Of a stretch of DNA of 64,000 nucleotides, positions 1 through 11,101 are shown in pieces. The number at the start of each line of letters is the position of its first letter. The first letter of the stretch is position 1. The translations under genes were made by a program, and so were the position numbers. The DNA comes from a virus, in the IMG/VR virus record IMGVR_UViG_3300042868_005761, positions 96,001 through 160,000 of that record; one strand, 5' to 3'. Under the pieces are notes generated by a model. That model was not told where the DNA came from and did not search any database. It saw nothing but the letters and a program-made list of their open reading frames with translations.

Positions 1-592
1 CATCTAAGATATCCTCATACAAAGTAAAATCACTTGCTGGTGTTTTTATATATATTTGATATATATTATTTTTCTTTCCAACTTTATCTTTAGGAATTTC
101 AATTATAACGGGAGCAACTTTTCCTGAGGCAAGTCTATAGTGAACTCTTGTGTATACTCCTAGAGTATCTGTATCTATACTGGCGATTACATTATCAACT
201 ATCTGAGCTTTAAAGTCTCCTTGGATTATTTCAAATTCCTCAGAAACCTTATCCATTACCATAGAGTCCCATTCAAGAATTGGCCAAGATGATTGCCAGA
301 CATTAAAAGTATCTTTTGCTTTCGTTATGCCTAGTGAAGAGAAGACTTGCTCTATATATAAATCACTAGTTACATCTCTCATAAAGTTCATTAAAGTAGA
401 TTGCTGCTTTCTTTGTCTATTCATTAGAATATCTAAGCCAATCATTCCTCTTTGGATTGTTGCAGATAGATCGCCAAACATAGACTCAACAGTCTGCACT
501 CTTCCTGCAATATCTAATGTATTGAAGTAAGGTTGTGCTACAGTTGTATTAGTAGTAAAGTTAGGATTTATAAAGTAACATTGTTCAGACAT
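1..592 (-). CDS. Hypothetical virion/baseplate-region protein, 3' truncated by the window edge
   Basis: Not in the ORF track. ATG at 592 lies just after the stop of 595..984, and the frame (MSEQCYFINPNFTTNTTVAQPYFNTLDIAG...) stays open to the window edge, about 197 codons. Confidence 0.8.
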   Translation of the reverse strand, partial: MSEQCYFINPNFTTNTTVAQPYFNTLDIAGRVQTVESMFGDLSATIQRGMIGLDILMNRQRKQQSTLMNFMRDVTSDLYIEQVFSSLGITKAKDTFNVWQSSWPILEWDSMVMDKVSEEFEIIQGDFKAQIVDNVIASIDTDTLGVYTRVHYRLASGKVAPVIIEIPKDKVGKKNNIYQIYIKTPASDFTLYEDILD

Positions 593-594
593 AG

Positions 595-984
595 TTATCC
601 TATAACTTTACCTTGAGAATTGACTGAAAATTCAATTGCTTTTCTTCTTTCACTAACTAGCAAGCGACGTTGGCGTTTACCAGAAAGACTATTTATTGTT
701 TTGATAATTGGAAAGATAAGATCAACTTTTGTTTCTCTACTTTCTAATTCTTCAATTCCAACAAACTTACTAGCTGTAAAGATTTCTTCAACAGTTACTT
801 TGTAAACTATCTCATAACTATTATCTCTTATAATTCTTCTTTTCCTGATTGAATATATACCAGATAAGTCAATAACAATATTTTTATTAGGAAAACTTAA
901 TGTAATTCCTGCCGATCTTAGATTAAAGACTGGTGCTTTCTCGATAGACCAAATATTATTATTTCCTTTTTCCTGCCACATCAT
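595..984 (-). CDS. Hypothetical protein (129 aa)
   Basis: Co-oriented ORF abutting 985..1605, with an AAGGA SD-like sequence upstream. Confidence 0.7.
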   Translation of the reverse strand: MMWQEKGNNNIWSIEKAPVFNLRSAGITLSFPNKNIVIDLSGIYSIRKRRIIRDNSYEIVYKVTVEEIFTASKFVGIEELESRETKVDLIFPIIKTINSLSGKRQRRLLVSERRKAIEFSVNSQGKVIG

Positions 985-1605
985 TTATATTTCCTTTATG
1001 CATGTTGCGTTTAGTCTAATCTTTGAAAGAAAAGAACCATAATTACTTTCTGATGGAGGAACAACTAGTCTTAGGGTGACATAAAGAGAACCTTTACCTT
1101 CATTATTCGTATCTAAAGCTCCTTCATTTATGCCAAGATTAGTTCTTTTTGTATAAACTGTTCCGTTGTATGTGTAGGACTCTGATAGTAGAATAGGATT
1201 TATTACACTATTTCCTTTAGTCCAAGATACTTTAAACTTAGAAAGCAATTCTAAGTCATCAGAGTCTTCTATTGGTACGCCATAAGCCGGGCTAGTAGGA
1301 TCATTTGTTACCCATCCAAAAAGTACATAAAGCCCATACGGACTTTCATCATCGTCATTCTTAAGACTAGCTAAGTCTAAGATTTTGTTTTTATCTTCTG
1401 GGCTATCAGAGTCAATATAAAATCCAAAATTAACTAATTCCCCAAGGACTGTATTGGGCAATTCATTTCCATTATTGACTACCCAGAAATCAATAGAACT
1501 AGTACCAACAACTCCAGCCTCATACGTACTATTGATAACAGTGTTATCATCAATTAGGTTGTTTGCTGTTGTAAATGGCAAAGAATTAAACCATGATAAA
1601 TTCAT
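985..1605 (-). CDS. Hypothetical structural protein (206 aa)
   Basis: Start overlaps the stop of the upstream gene (TAATG), GGAG SD, beta-rich composition. Confidence 0.75.
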   Translation of the reverse strand: MNLSWFNSLPFTTANNLIDDNTVINSTYEAGVVGTSSIDFWVVNNGNELPNTVLGELVNFGFYIDSDSPEDKNKILDLASLKNDDDESPYGLYVLFGWVTNDPTSPAYGVPIEDSDDLELLSKFKVSWTKGNSVINPILLSESYTYNGTVYTKRTNLGINEGALDTNNEGKGSLYVTLRLVVPPSESNYGSFLSKIRLNATCIKEI

Positions 1606-3842
1606 TAGAGACTCCTATCTATGTAATAACAAGACACCTGTGATTTTGGACCAATCAAAGCTTCTGTCCCAGTTCCAAGGTCATAATTATAAGACTCAAA
1701 GGCAAGATACACAAAATCTTTTACAGTATCATTCAACGTTGAGTCATCTGCAGACTCTGGCACTAAATTTACTTCCTTAGTGTAACGTGTTGTTATGTCT
1801 CTATCAAAGCCTTGGAAGTCTTCTGTTTCTAGTGGGTCTGACCCTGAGTAGTCTTCTACGTCCAATGTAGTCAATAGAGTATCTTTACTAGATACACCAT
1901 TCGGATCGTTTACTACATAGATTGCAAGTCTATTTCCTTTATGAGCTACTTCCATATTTATAGTCAGAATCTGCTCTCCTGCTTCAGTTCTACCTTTAAT
2001 GTGTAGATAATTAATATCTACATAGCTTATATTCTTCTGATGCCCTACTAAAGTAACAGGAAGATTTCTATTGATAATGTCTTTAAAATTCATATCATCA
2101 AAGGAATCAGAATAGAAGCTTTCATCTTTGTCAATGTAGACAAAAACCTGAGAACTACTATCTACATTAATAAAGCCAGAAGCATTTAAGATATTAGAAA
2201 AAACAGCGTTCTTGTTCTTCTTTTCAATCTCATAGTCTTCTTTAAGCGCACTTAGCACTCTTAGATCTTTAACAGAGGAAGACTCGGTATACTTCTTTTT
2301 CTTAAAAGAAGCAGAACATATTGGTAAGAATTGCATATCAGCTGTAAAACTGTCAGGAACATAACTATCTACAAAGTTATAAGTACACATATCTTTAAAT
2401 TCAGAAATAAACATTCCTAGAATTAAAGACTTATTTGGATAGTTTGTATCATAGACATATTCTGAGTATGCAGATATTTGGCTATTGTATCTATCTTTCA
2501 TCCATGCCCAATATATCTTAGAATTCTGAGCTTCTGTTTTTGGAGTAGCAAAGAAAAATAGATATCCATCAAGGACTTTCTTGTTGTGCAAAGGATTAAC
2601 GTTATAGAAGTTATATTCACTTTCTTCTTCTTTAACTACATACTCTGCAATGATCTTGTCTCTTGGATTAAGAGGAACTTGATCTGATATAGTAACTATT
2701 CCAAGTGAGTAGTCTACTGAACCAGTAAACTTAGTATATTTAATAATGTTGTTATCTATATAGTTACCAGATATTTTCTTACCAACGTAAACAAGATCAC
2801 TTGACTGGGCAAACAATAACTTATAGTCCTTGGTGACATCTGAATATCTATAAACTTTAAATGTCAGATGAATGTTCTCTGAAGGGTTCACAACAATATG
2901 ACTATTTAAAACTTGAAAACTATTCCTGTTAACATAGTAACCTTGTTTTTTCAATGTTAGATAAGGATAGTAAGGAAACCACCTATCAGCATCTGGGTTT
3001 GTCCAATTATAAGTTATACTCGGCCCTTGGCCTGGTTTAACTGTAAGAGAACTACCAATGATTTCTATTGGCCAACTATAGTTTAATGGCAAGCCAGTAT
3101 TCATTCTTGCTGACAACTTTGCTTGCCTATACTCAGTATAGTATAAAGTCTCATTCACCGGTTTGACAAATTCATACTTCCATTTTCCGTCGGGTTCTTG
3201 AGTCTTGTAGTAGACCGGGGCATTTTGGTTTATCTCTAGAGTTTCTTCGTCATAATCAAAGACTGTTTGCTCTGAGAACAATGGCTCTCTTTTATAGATT
3301 TCCTTAATAGACTGACCACTTTGAGCATAGATTGAACTTGAAACAGTTGTATACTGTACAAAGTTAGCGTTGTATCTTCCAATCTCAACATCAAGATCAT
3401 TCATAAGATCAGAAAAAATAGCATTGTATTTTTCTAAATAAATCCAGCTGGAAGAATCTGTCCCATTCTTCCAAGGAATAAAGCTTACATTAGAAACTTT
3501 TCCTTTTATCTTGTGACAAAAGAATAATGGTTTTTTACCGTATGACTCCGGCGCAGTTACCGTAGTAAAGATAAGGTTACTCTTCTCGCTATATACTACG
3601 TTTTCTTTTGTACTGTATACTGTTGTATCAATTGGCGGAATAATATTTTCCAAATAAGAATTTAATTCGATTGCTTCATGTGAAAGAATAGGTAATGTTT
3701 CTAAGTAGGCAAGTTGAATCTCGTTAGACTTAACTTCTTGTCTATAGTAAATATAATCACGTTGAACATGAGTATATACTTGAATATCATATTCATACTC
3801 AACTGGATTACCAGTTACTCTTATTGTAAGTGCAATACTCAT
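1605..3842 (-). CDS. Putative baseplate/tail structural protein (745 aa)
   Basis: Long ORF in the baseplate cluster with a 'VDYSLGIVTIS...KIIAEY' beta-strand motif typical of myovirus baseplate proteins; function inferred from position. Confidence 0.6.
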   Translation of the reverse strand: MSIALTIRVTGNPVEYEYDIQVYTHVQRDYIYYRQEVKSNEIQLAYLETLPILSHEAIELNSYLENIIPPIDTTVYSTKENVVYSEKSNLIFTTVTAPESYGKKPLFFCHKIKGKVSNVSFIPWKNGTDSSSWIYLEKYNAIFSDLMNDLDVEIGRYNANFVQYTTVSSSIYAQSGQSIKEIYKREPLFSEQTVFDYDEETLEINQNAPVYYKTQEPDGKWKYEFVKPVNETLYYTEYRQAKLSARMNTGLPLNYSWPIEIIGSSLTVKPGQGPSITYNWTNPDADRWFPYYPYLTLKKQGYYVNRNSFQVLNSHIVVNPSENIHLTFKVYRYSDVTKDYKLLFAQSSDLVYVGKKISGNYIDNNIIKYTKFTGSVDYSLGIVTISDQVPLNPRDKIIAEYVVKEEESEYNFYNVNPLHNKKVLDGYLFFFATPKTEAQNSKIYWAWMKDRYNSQISAYSEYVYDTNYPNKSLILGMFISEFKDMCTYNFVDSYVPDSFTADMQFLPICSASFKKKKYTESSSVKDLRVLSALKEDYEIEKKNKNAVFSNILNASGFINVDSSSQVFVYIDKDESFYSDSFDDMNFKDIINRNLPVTLVGHQKNISYVDINYLHIKGRTEAGEQILTINMEVAHKGNRLAIYVVNDPNGVSSKDTLLTTLDVEDYSGSDPLETEDFQGFDRDITTRYTKEVNLVPESADDSTLNDTVKDFVYLAFESYNYDLGTGTEALIGPKSQVSCYYIDRSL

Positions 3843-3843
3843 A

Positions 3844-6800
3844 CTAATCTACCATTGCATTTGGAACAGGAGCTGTTACTACTTTAATTACAATTTTTCC
3901 TCTTAGTTCTACGTAGATAGGAATAACGGCAGTGTCCTCAATACCAAATGCAGCACTTCCATCGGCATATTTCCAATCAAGGGAATTTACACTTGCTTTT
4001 CTATAGACAGGACGGCCATCAAAATCCGCTACATATACCCTGTACGGAACTGCAAAATTATAATTTTCACGATTTAAAACATCGTCTGTTAGTCTTGAAA
4101 AATAAAAATCTGGAATATTAACAACTGGAACAAATAATTGATTTATTATGCCTGTTCCCGTGTTAACATCATAGAGGAAGTCTGTATTTACGTATTCACG
4201 AAGTGAATATAATTCTTTAAATAATGGAAATTTACTGTTATAACTAGTCATTCCTGAGTTGGCCATTATAGTACCAAGAAAATCTTGATAACCAACTATA
4301 GCATTTGGATTGTTTCTATTAGTTAAAGTTGAGTTATTGTTTGAACTTCCGGCATTGGTCATGTAAGACTGGGGTTGTCTTCCTGCCATAACAACGTTTA
4401 ATCTATTTAAACCTTGTTGATTTATACTGTCAGAAAATGGTGGATCCATTTCATATGGATCACTAACACTTGCCGCTCCAGTCACACCATGACCAGATGC
4501 CGGAACCATAACATTGTACCCAATAAGAACTCGCCCATAAGAAAAAACATCCCGAGAACTACTAGGTGATAGGCCGTATTTGCCACTGTGCGGAGAATTT
4601 TCATCTGACTGATTACTTGTAGATTCGCTTATTGTTCCACCAGCTATATCACATACTCTTCTACCAATGAAATACTCAAGATTAACTTTAAAGTCGACAA
4701 GACACCTAGGAAAAGCATTGTTATAAGAGCTTGAGCTATTCTGAAGGAATATTTCTTCACTTCCTCTTATTAGCTCGTCGATCGAAGGTAAATCACTCTC
4801 AACAATATTCGCAAAAACTAACTTACCCCCATAATAGTCAACAGGAGAAACACTCATTGAGTTTCTTAAGACAATATTTTTCTGACAAATTAATTTCGTA
4901 ATATCGTCTTCGCTCGTGTCGTATGTTATATCTCCAGTCTCATAATCAATACCGTCAATATAATCACTTATACGTTTACCTGTATCTATGATTGCTCTGA
5001 AAGGATAGACATACTCTGCCATATATGGCTGCAGAGGATCATGACGAACGCCTTGAAAGGCATCTACATATGATGCATTTCTTATTGCAGACCCATAATT
5101 AGCAGGGTTAGAAGAGCCCAGTGATATAGCACGAGCGTTAAGCCAAGGACTAACATCCGTTTGATTCCCGCCGCTAAGAGCTCCACTTAGAGTTGATAAA
5201 TCTTTTCCAAATCTTTTATATGGTTGCCCAAACCCATATAGTAAATTAATATTACCACCCTGTGTGTGAGAGTAATCAAATGGACTATAGACAGTTGGAG
5301 AGACAGGAGTAGTCTTGCTATTTTTGCCCCAAAATCTAAACTCTCTATGTATAAATTCATTTTCTTCAGCACTAAGAATAGCTTTATCTGGACCCCAAAG
5401 ATTTTTTGAGTCCCATAGTTTGAACCCAGTCTTAAAATCTGTAGATAGATTTTCCAACTGAGAGCTTGAGCAAAAATCAATTCCGTATGTTCCTCTTAAT
5501 AAAGGTCTACCAAATGGCCACTTACCAAGGTTATCATCGGCATCTATCGGTGTATCAGCTGATAAAGTTGAAGTAGCAACTGCACCAGTATCTGGATTAA
5601 TATCTTTTTTATTAGCATCTGGGGCAAAATTAAATATGTCTAATAAAGACCCTGGACTAAATCTAAAATTCCATGTATCCATTTTTGTTGTTGCAAAACT
5701 TTGGTTATCCCAAAGTTGAGCAAAACTATAATTATTTGAGATATTACTAGCCCAGGGAATTGTATAGTCGTTGTAGAGCCCTTGGTTTGTAACTAAAGCA
5801 CCTGGACTTGTAAATAGGCCGGCACCAGATGATACTTGCTCTTTGAATTCATTTAAAGTAGTAAGTGAAAAGGCACCACCTTGTGTAGACTCTAATGAGT
5901 AAGAAGATGGAATATAACTGGATTCTATAGAAATAGTACCCGGTAAACCTGATAAGCTATTTCCTGTGTGGACAGTTGGAAATTGGCTTATATATGTAGG
6001 ATTATCAGCACTTCCCGCAGACAGCCAAATGCTAGAACCTTTTGTTGCTCTTACATTGAAGCCATCTCTATATGCGGAATTGCTTTTTATTGCACTATTC
6101 GTATTCTTACCAGCGTTATTGTTACCTGTAGTTACTACGTTAAATTCACTTGTTCTCCAGAACGCACTTGACTCTGTTCTTTCTTCTTCAGTCGTTAGTC
6201 TGCCATTAAGTATGTCTTCTCTGTATCCAAAGAATAAATTGCCCCATCCAATATTTAAGCCTTTCCCAGGAGTTCCATTTCCTGTAAAATTACCAGGTAC
6301 AAACCCATGACGCCATAGCCTCCATTCAACTCCAGTATTGTCGTAAGAGGTGCTAGCTAAGAAATTATGAGATTCATAATATAATTTTGTAGCTCCGTAT
6401 GAATACTTTTCAGGGGCAGTATTACTGGGCCATCCAAAAATAAACGCATGACCTCTTCGATTTGCAAAACTATCTGTACTATCAGAAAGATTACTCAGAT
6501 CCCAAGTAATTTCTTCAATATTTTCCCCTGAAGAGACTGCAGCGTTATAAGCAGATAGTGTTGACCATAAATATGGTGCAGAATTTTTGTATATTGGATA
6601 AAATATTAAATCGCCATGCATTGCATTCAGATCAACAGCTTTTGTGTTATCCAAATCGGCATAGTAACCTTGACTTCCACCAAATCTATAACCAAGCCTA
6701 TTCAGATATTGTGTATGTGGATTGTCTTCTACTCCGCTAAAAGCAAGTTGTCTATTATAGTTAATGAAGTCTAGGCCACCATTACTTCCGTCTTGATCAT

Positions 6801-8145
6801 CTGCAAATCCTTGAATATTATTTTCTGCATCAAGAAGATCTCTATGGCTAATCTTATAAGAATCTAATCCATTATGCCTATGTCTTGCATAGTTTAATGT
6901 AGTCTGAGCAAGTGTATCAGAGATATTTGTACCAAGACAAAATAAAACAAAATCTTTGCTATTAAAAGATGAAGTGCTACTAGACAATAACGTTGTTCCA
7001 TTATCATCTACAAATTGATTTTTTAATGATAGAGGTCCGTAAAAATATAAGACGCATTCATTATTAGTTCTTTCCCACTTTAAATTAAGACTATAGCTTT
7101 TTCCTCTTCCAGAATCATATAGACTAAGAACATTTTCAGTTAAATTAACATCTGCTAATGGATAAAGTTCAGGATTTAATGTATAACGTTTACCTGAAGT
7201 TGGTATCCCAAGGGGCGCGTCTGCTACAACATATTTACCAAACGGTTCAAAGGCATCACTGTCATTTGTAGCAGAAAATCCTCTTCCATCTAAGTTAACA
7301 AGACTATCTTTTGTTGATATGATTTTTGGCAATATTACTCGCCATTTTGAATAAGAACCGCTTGATTCTATATAGCTTACAATCAGTGCTCCCTTATGTG
7401 CCAATTCGTCGTATAAAGTTGTACGTACGATGTCACTCATAGAGAAAATAGATAAGTCAGGAATGCAATTGTAACCTGAGCCTAGCACTCCAAAAGTATT
7501 AGGCACACGCAAGGTATACTTAATAAAATCTCCATCAGTAAAAGCTTGATTAGAATAAAGAGTTCCATCAGCAGCTAAGTGCCAAACCTTATCGGTTTCA
7601 GTTGTCAAACACTCGCTTGGTGTTCCAACTGGTTTCCAAGCAGAGGATAGAATTCCACCACTCCATATCTCTACACCGTAGCCACAACTCCAACTGTCAT
7701 CGAGCGCTTGTGTATAGGCATTTCCACCTGTATAAGGAGGGAAAGGCAACTGTTGAACTTTTTTGCTACTATCTAAAAGCCATCCAGTTCCCTGTTCTGT
7801 TTTTGTATGTATTGATCCTGGAAGATAGGTAGGATTTAAAGAAGCATGAGGTCCAATAATTCTTGCAAGATTAAAGCTATCTACTATAGCTCTTTCAGCA
7901 TCGTCCGCTAGAGTCTCCTGTTCCGAAGGCGACATCCTTCCATATGTATAAGAGGAAACTATTTTTCCTAGACTATTAAATGAAGGATTATCATTCTCCA
8001 AAGGTCCTAGGATTTTACATACAGTGTTTAAAGCTCGATAATAGCTATTAAACGTAACATTGAACTTCCTTGCTGTTGGCTGCTCTCCTGCCGTCCAGAT
8101 AGTTGACACTACATTGGTAGCCGGAGTCTTAAGAAAATCACTCAT
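3844..8145 (-). CDS. Putative tail fibre / receptor-binding baseplate protein (1433 aa)
   Basis: G/S/N/T-rich and beta-rich, with HRHNG...ISHRDL and DNPHTQYL motifs seen in trimeric fibre proteins; lies downstream of wedge genes; AAGGA SD. Confidence 0.55.
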   Translation of the reverse strand: MSDFLKTPATNVVSTIWTAGEQPTARKFNVTFNSYYRALNTVCKILGPLENDNPSFNSLGKIVSSYTYGRMSPSEQETLADDAERAIVDSFNLARIIGPHASLNPTYLPGSIHTKTEQGTGWLLDSSKKVQQLPFPPYTGGNAYTQALDDSWSCGYGVEIWSGGILSSAWKPVGTPSECLTTETDKVWHLAADGTLYSNQAFTDGDFIKYTLRVPNTFGVLGSGYNCIPDLSIFSMSDIVRTTLYDELAHKGALIVSYIESSGSYSKWRVILPKIISTKDSLVNLDGRGFSATNDSDAFEPFGKYVVADAPLGIPTSGKRYTLNPELYPLADVNLTENVLSLYDSGRGKSYSLNLKWERTNNECVLYFYGPLSLKNQFVDDNGTTLLSSSTSSFNSKDFVLFCLGTNISDTLAQTTLNYARHRHNGLDSYKISHRDLLDAENNIQGFADDQDGSNGGLDFINYNRQLAFSGVEDNPHTQYLNRLGYRFGGSQGYYADLDNTKAVDLNAMHGDLIFYPIYKNSAPYLWSTLSAYNAAVSSGENIEEITWDLSNLSDSTDSFANRRGHAFIFGWPSNTAPEKYSYGATKLYYESHNFLASTSYDNTGVEWRLWRHGFVPGNFTGNGTPGKGLNIGWGNLFFGYREDILNGRLTTEEERTESSAFWRTSEFNVVTTGNNNAGKNTNSAIKSNSAYRDGFNVRATKGSSIWLSAGSADNPTYISQFPTVHTGNSLSGLPGTISIESSYIPSSYSLESTQGGAFSLTTLNEFKEQVSSGAGLFTSPGALVTNQGLYNDYTIPWASNISNNYSFAQLWDNQSFATTKMDTWNFRFSPGSLLDIFNFAPDANKKDINPDTGAVATSTLSADTPIDADDNLGKWPFGRPLLRGTYGIDFCSSSQLENLSTDFKTGFKLWDSKNLWGPDKAILSAEENEFIHREFRFWGKNSKTTPVSPTVYSPFDYSHTQGGNINLLYGFGQPYKRFGKDLSTLSGALSGGNQTDVSPWLNARAISLGSSNPANYGSAIRNASYVDAFQGVRHDPLQPYMAEYVYPFRAIIDTGKRISDYIDGIDYETGDITYDTSEDDITKLICQKNIVLRNSMSVSPVDYYGGKLVFANIVESDLPSIDELIRGSEEIFLQNSSSSYNNAFPRCLVDFKVNLEYFIGRRVCDIAGGTISESTSNQSDENSPHSGKYGLSPSSSRDVFSYGRVLIGYNVMVPASGHGVTGAASVSDPYEMDPPFSDSINQQGLNRLNVVMAGRQPQSYMTNAGSSNNNSTLTNRNNPNAIVGYQDFLGTIMANSGMTSYNSKFPLFKELYSLREYVNTDFLYDVNTGTGIINQLFVPVVNIPDFYFSRLTDDVLNRENYNFAVPYRVYVADFDGRPVYRKASVNSLDWKYADGSAAFGIEDTAVIPIYVELRGKIVIKVVTAPVPNAMVD

Positions 8146-8161
8146 TTATAATTCCTTATAT

Positions 8162-11101
8162 TTAATCCTCAGTTGATTTTAAAGTCAAGCCCAAGGACGA
8201 AGAATCTGTTTTGTATGCTGTGCCTGAATAAATAATACCATTGCCATCTAGGTAGGAAATCAAAGGAAACTTATGACTTGAAAAGGAATTTCCTGAGCTT
8301 ACATTGATTGTAAGAAATGTTTCCATATCTATAGTTGAACTTCCTGCGTAGTTCACATCATCTCTTATTCTAAAACCGTAAGGTACATATTTATTTAATA
8401 ATGTCTTTACAACACCTTTATCTCTATCATTCAAAGTTATATAGAACTGAGCTTTATTAGAGTAAATTGGAATGTTATATTTCCCTAAGGTTGTTGCTTG
8501 TAAAGTTGCAAATTTTTCTGGGAATAAAGAAAATCCTGCAATTACTTTACTTGGATCATTTGAATCTGATAAAGGTAACACAGAATTTACTGTGAACCTT
8601 TTTGTATTTGAGTTATATGTACTAGTAAACACAGGGCCAAATATTGGCTTATCAATTGAATAATCATCTATACTTGGATGTAACCAATTCTCCCGAGGGG
8701 TTTTTGATTCTGCAATAACAACTCTTCTTCCATTTAATTCAGCGTCATCATATTGCACGTCTGAAGAGGTAAAGAAAGAAGCTACTGCTATAGTGTTTAT
8801 ATCTGCTACATTGGTTAATTCATCAGTAGCTATTTCTTCAATGAGAACTAGATAAGTATTAAATCGGTAATCAATAATATCTTTAGGATATTCATACTCA
8901 TAAACAAGTGGATCTACAGTACGCCAAACTTCAGGATAACTTTGTATATCTTTAATTACAAAGTCTGCTTCACTATCAAAGCCTGAGTATGAGAGATAAG
9001 ATAATTTAACTTTTCCACCAACATACTTAGCAACATCTTCTTCACTGAAGAAATCAAAAATATAAAATCCATATGATCCTCTGCCTTCGAATCGATCTCC
9101 AAAGGGTCCGGTTAACATTTTCTTATATTCTTGACTAGGAGATACCCCAGACAATAGACTATCTTTACTCCCAAGTATTAACCTATTACCTAATGTACCA
9201 AGACTACCATCATCTTTTAATATTGTATATACAATGACTTGTTGATCACCACTGTTAATGTATTCAAATAACTTAGAATCATTATAGTCACTATTAGCAT
9301 GTAGGGTTGTAGAAGTCGCACCTCTTACAATATCCCCGTCTTTAAAGTTTAACCAAGCAGCTCGTGAGGATTTAGGATCATAAGAAGTATAAAACTTACC
9401 TTCATCGTCTGTTGTTGCAACAATTGATACTTCGCCGTCAAGATTTCCTTCTCCTGTTAAAACATTTACAGTAACATCACATTCTATAACAGGCTGACCA
9501 TCATAAGATGTAACTTCTCCCTCTAGGAGAACTATCTCTGCTCCATTGTATAGTGGTCCATATACACTAATGCCATCTTTTGTATAAAGATAAGGTGTCT
9601 CTATTGGTTTTAAAGAGATGTAATATGGGTAAACCTTTTCACTCTTTGAAAGAACAGCAATTGTTCTTTGCTTCTTCCAAAGCCAAGGCTTTATTTCTGA
9701 GAATAAAAACTCTCTTTTTGCAGTCGGAACTTCTTTCTGAAATTCAATTACTGCGTCATAAAGTGCATATACCTTTGCATTTTCTTCTGGAATAAACATT
9801 GCACAATAAGGAGATATATAAATCTTATCTCCAAATGTCTCTCTGATATATAAAGGATCTCCCTCGTATTCTTCAAAGTCTGGCCATCTAAACTGTACTG
9901 TTTTACTACCAATCTTATTAAAGATTAGAACATTGTTCTTACTGGAATAACTGTCTAAGCCATCTATCCGAACAAGACCGCAGTCGTCAAACATATTAGC
10001 AATTGCAGGCTCTTCAAAGTTAATTACAAAATAAGGATTTTCACTAGGATCTAATTCTCCGCCTGTTAGGTACTGACTTGGGATAGTTACTCCATCTACA
10101 ATCACGCCGCTATCTTCACTAGGAAGCGTTAGCGAAGTAATTGGTCCTGATAGAGTTTGTTTGCCAAAAAAGACTTCACCTTTATATCTATTCACATAGC
10201 AAGCTTTTGCTTCGACAGCAGAAACTAAAGGATTGTCTACTATCTGCTTAAGTATTTCTTCTAGCCCAAACAGCTCGGCTTCCATATAAGAATTCTTTAA
10301 TGTATAGAAATCTATAGTCCCATCTGTGTCTACCGCAATATGTGTTTTGCTATCGGTAAGAGTTCCAGGAGTAGTTGTTATTTCTGTCATAGGAGAATAT
10401 TCAGTACTAAAATACTGATTACTTTGACCGGTTGAAACGCCAAGAATCTCTCCGTGTAACTCTAAACTTTCACTCGATATATCAAAGTCTGCTTCGTAAA
10501 AACGTTTACTAACAACCGGCAATTTAACTTCTGATTCTCTATAAACATAATTATTAACCCAAAGGTTTTGATCGTCTGTAAAGCTATAACCTATATAGTT
10601 CTGTGGGCTATACTCACCAGCAATATTATGCTCACTGGGAGACATCCAGAAAGACTCGTTCTTGTAGACTGCTGCTTTAAAAAAGTTCAGACTAGGTTTA
10701 GTAGCGTAGACTGGTACAGTTAATAGTTCTTGGGCTAATGTACTAGTTGCTAGGTTCTGGTAGTTTAAATAATTAAGGTAAATAACTGTGCCTTCAATAC
10801 TGTACTCTCCAGGCTTAACGTAAAAAACTCCATCCTGAAGGAACGAAGTTAAATCATTAAAGTTCTCAACACCACTTCTATAAGAAGATCTTGGTATTTC
10901 ATTGTTTGGCATATAGACAGGAAAGAACTTATTACCTACAACTTCATTGAAAAAGTTACCTTGACCAAAAGTACTATTGTAATTAAGTCCTGAGTCTTTA
11001 GGATATTCTTTCTTTGCCTCATCTACGTCTTTAATATAGCTATAGATATTAATTGGAAAATTAATTTCTTGTATACTATTTCCTATATTCTTAAGAGGCA
11101 T
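8162..11101 (-). CDS. Large baseplate wedge protein with Ig-like domain (about 979 aa)
   Basis: 'LGVSTGQSNQYF' and 'VNRYKGEVFFG' resemble baseplate wedge repeats; 'GQPVIECDVTV...ATTDDEGKFYTSY' is Big_1/Ig-like. Start moved to ATG 11101 (MPLKN, 11-nt overlap) from the track's TTG 11164, which overlaps the upstream gene by 74 nt. Confidence 0.6.
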   Translation of the reverse strand: MPLKNIGNSIQEINFPINIYSYIKDVDEAKKEYPKDSGLNYNSTFGQGNFFNEVVGNKFFPVYMPNNEIPRSSYRSGVENFNDLTSFLQDGVFYVKPGEYSIEGTVIYLNYLNYQNLATSTLAQELLTVPVYATKPSLNFFKAAVYKNESFWMSPSEHNIAGEYSPQNYIGYSFTDDQNLWVNNYVYRESEVKLPVVSKRFYEADFDISSESLELHGEILGVSTGQSNQYFSTEYSPMTEITTTPGTLTDSKTHIAVDTDGTIDFYTLKNSYMEAELFGLEEILKQIVDNPLVSAVEAKACYVNRYKGEVFFGKQTLSGPITSLTLPSEDSGVIVDGVTIPSQYLTGGELDPSENPYFVINFEEPAIANMFDDCGLVRIDGLDSYSSKNNVLIFNKIGSKTVQFRWPDFEEYEGDPLYIRETFGDKIYISPYCAMFIPEENAKVYALYDAVIEFQKEVPTAKREFLFSEIKPWLWKKQRTIAVLSKSEKVYPYYISLKPIETPYLYTKDGISVYGPLYNGAEIVLLEGEVTSYDGQPVIECDVTVNVLTGEGNLDGEVSIVATTDDEGKFYTSYDPKSSRAAWLNFKDGDIVRGATSTTLHANSDYNDSKLFEYINSGDQQVIVYTILKDDGSLGTLGNRLILGSKDSLLSGVSPSQEYKKMLTGPFGDRFEGRGSYGFYIFDFFSEEDVAKYVGGKVKLSYLSYSGFDSEADFVIKDIQSYPEVWRTVDPLVYEYEYPKDIIDYRFNTYLVLIEEIATDELTNVADINTIAVASFFTSSDVQYDDAELNGRRVVIAESKTPRENWLHPSIDDYSIDKPIFGPVFTSTYNSNTKRFTVNSVLPLSDSNDPSKVIAGFSLFPEKFATLQATTLGKYNIPIYSNKAQFYITLNDRDKGVVKTLLNKYVPYGFRIRDDVNYAGSSTIDMETFLTINVSSGNSFSSHKFPLISYLDGNGIIYSGTAYKTDSSSLGLTLKSTED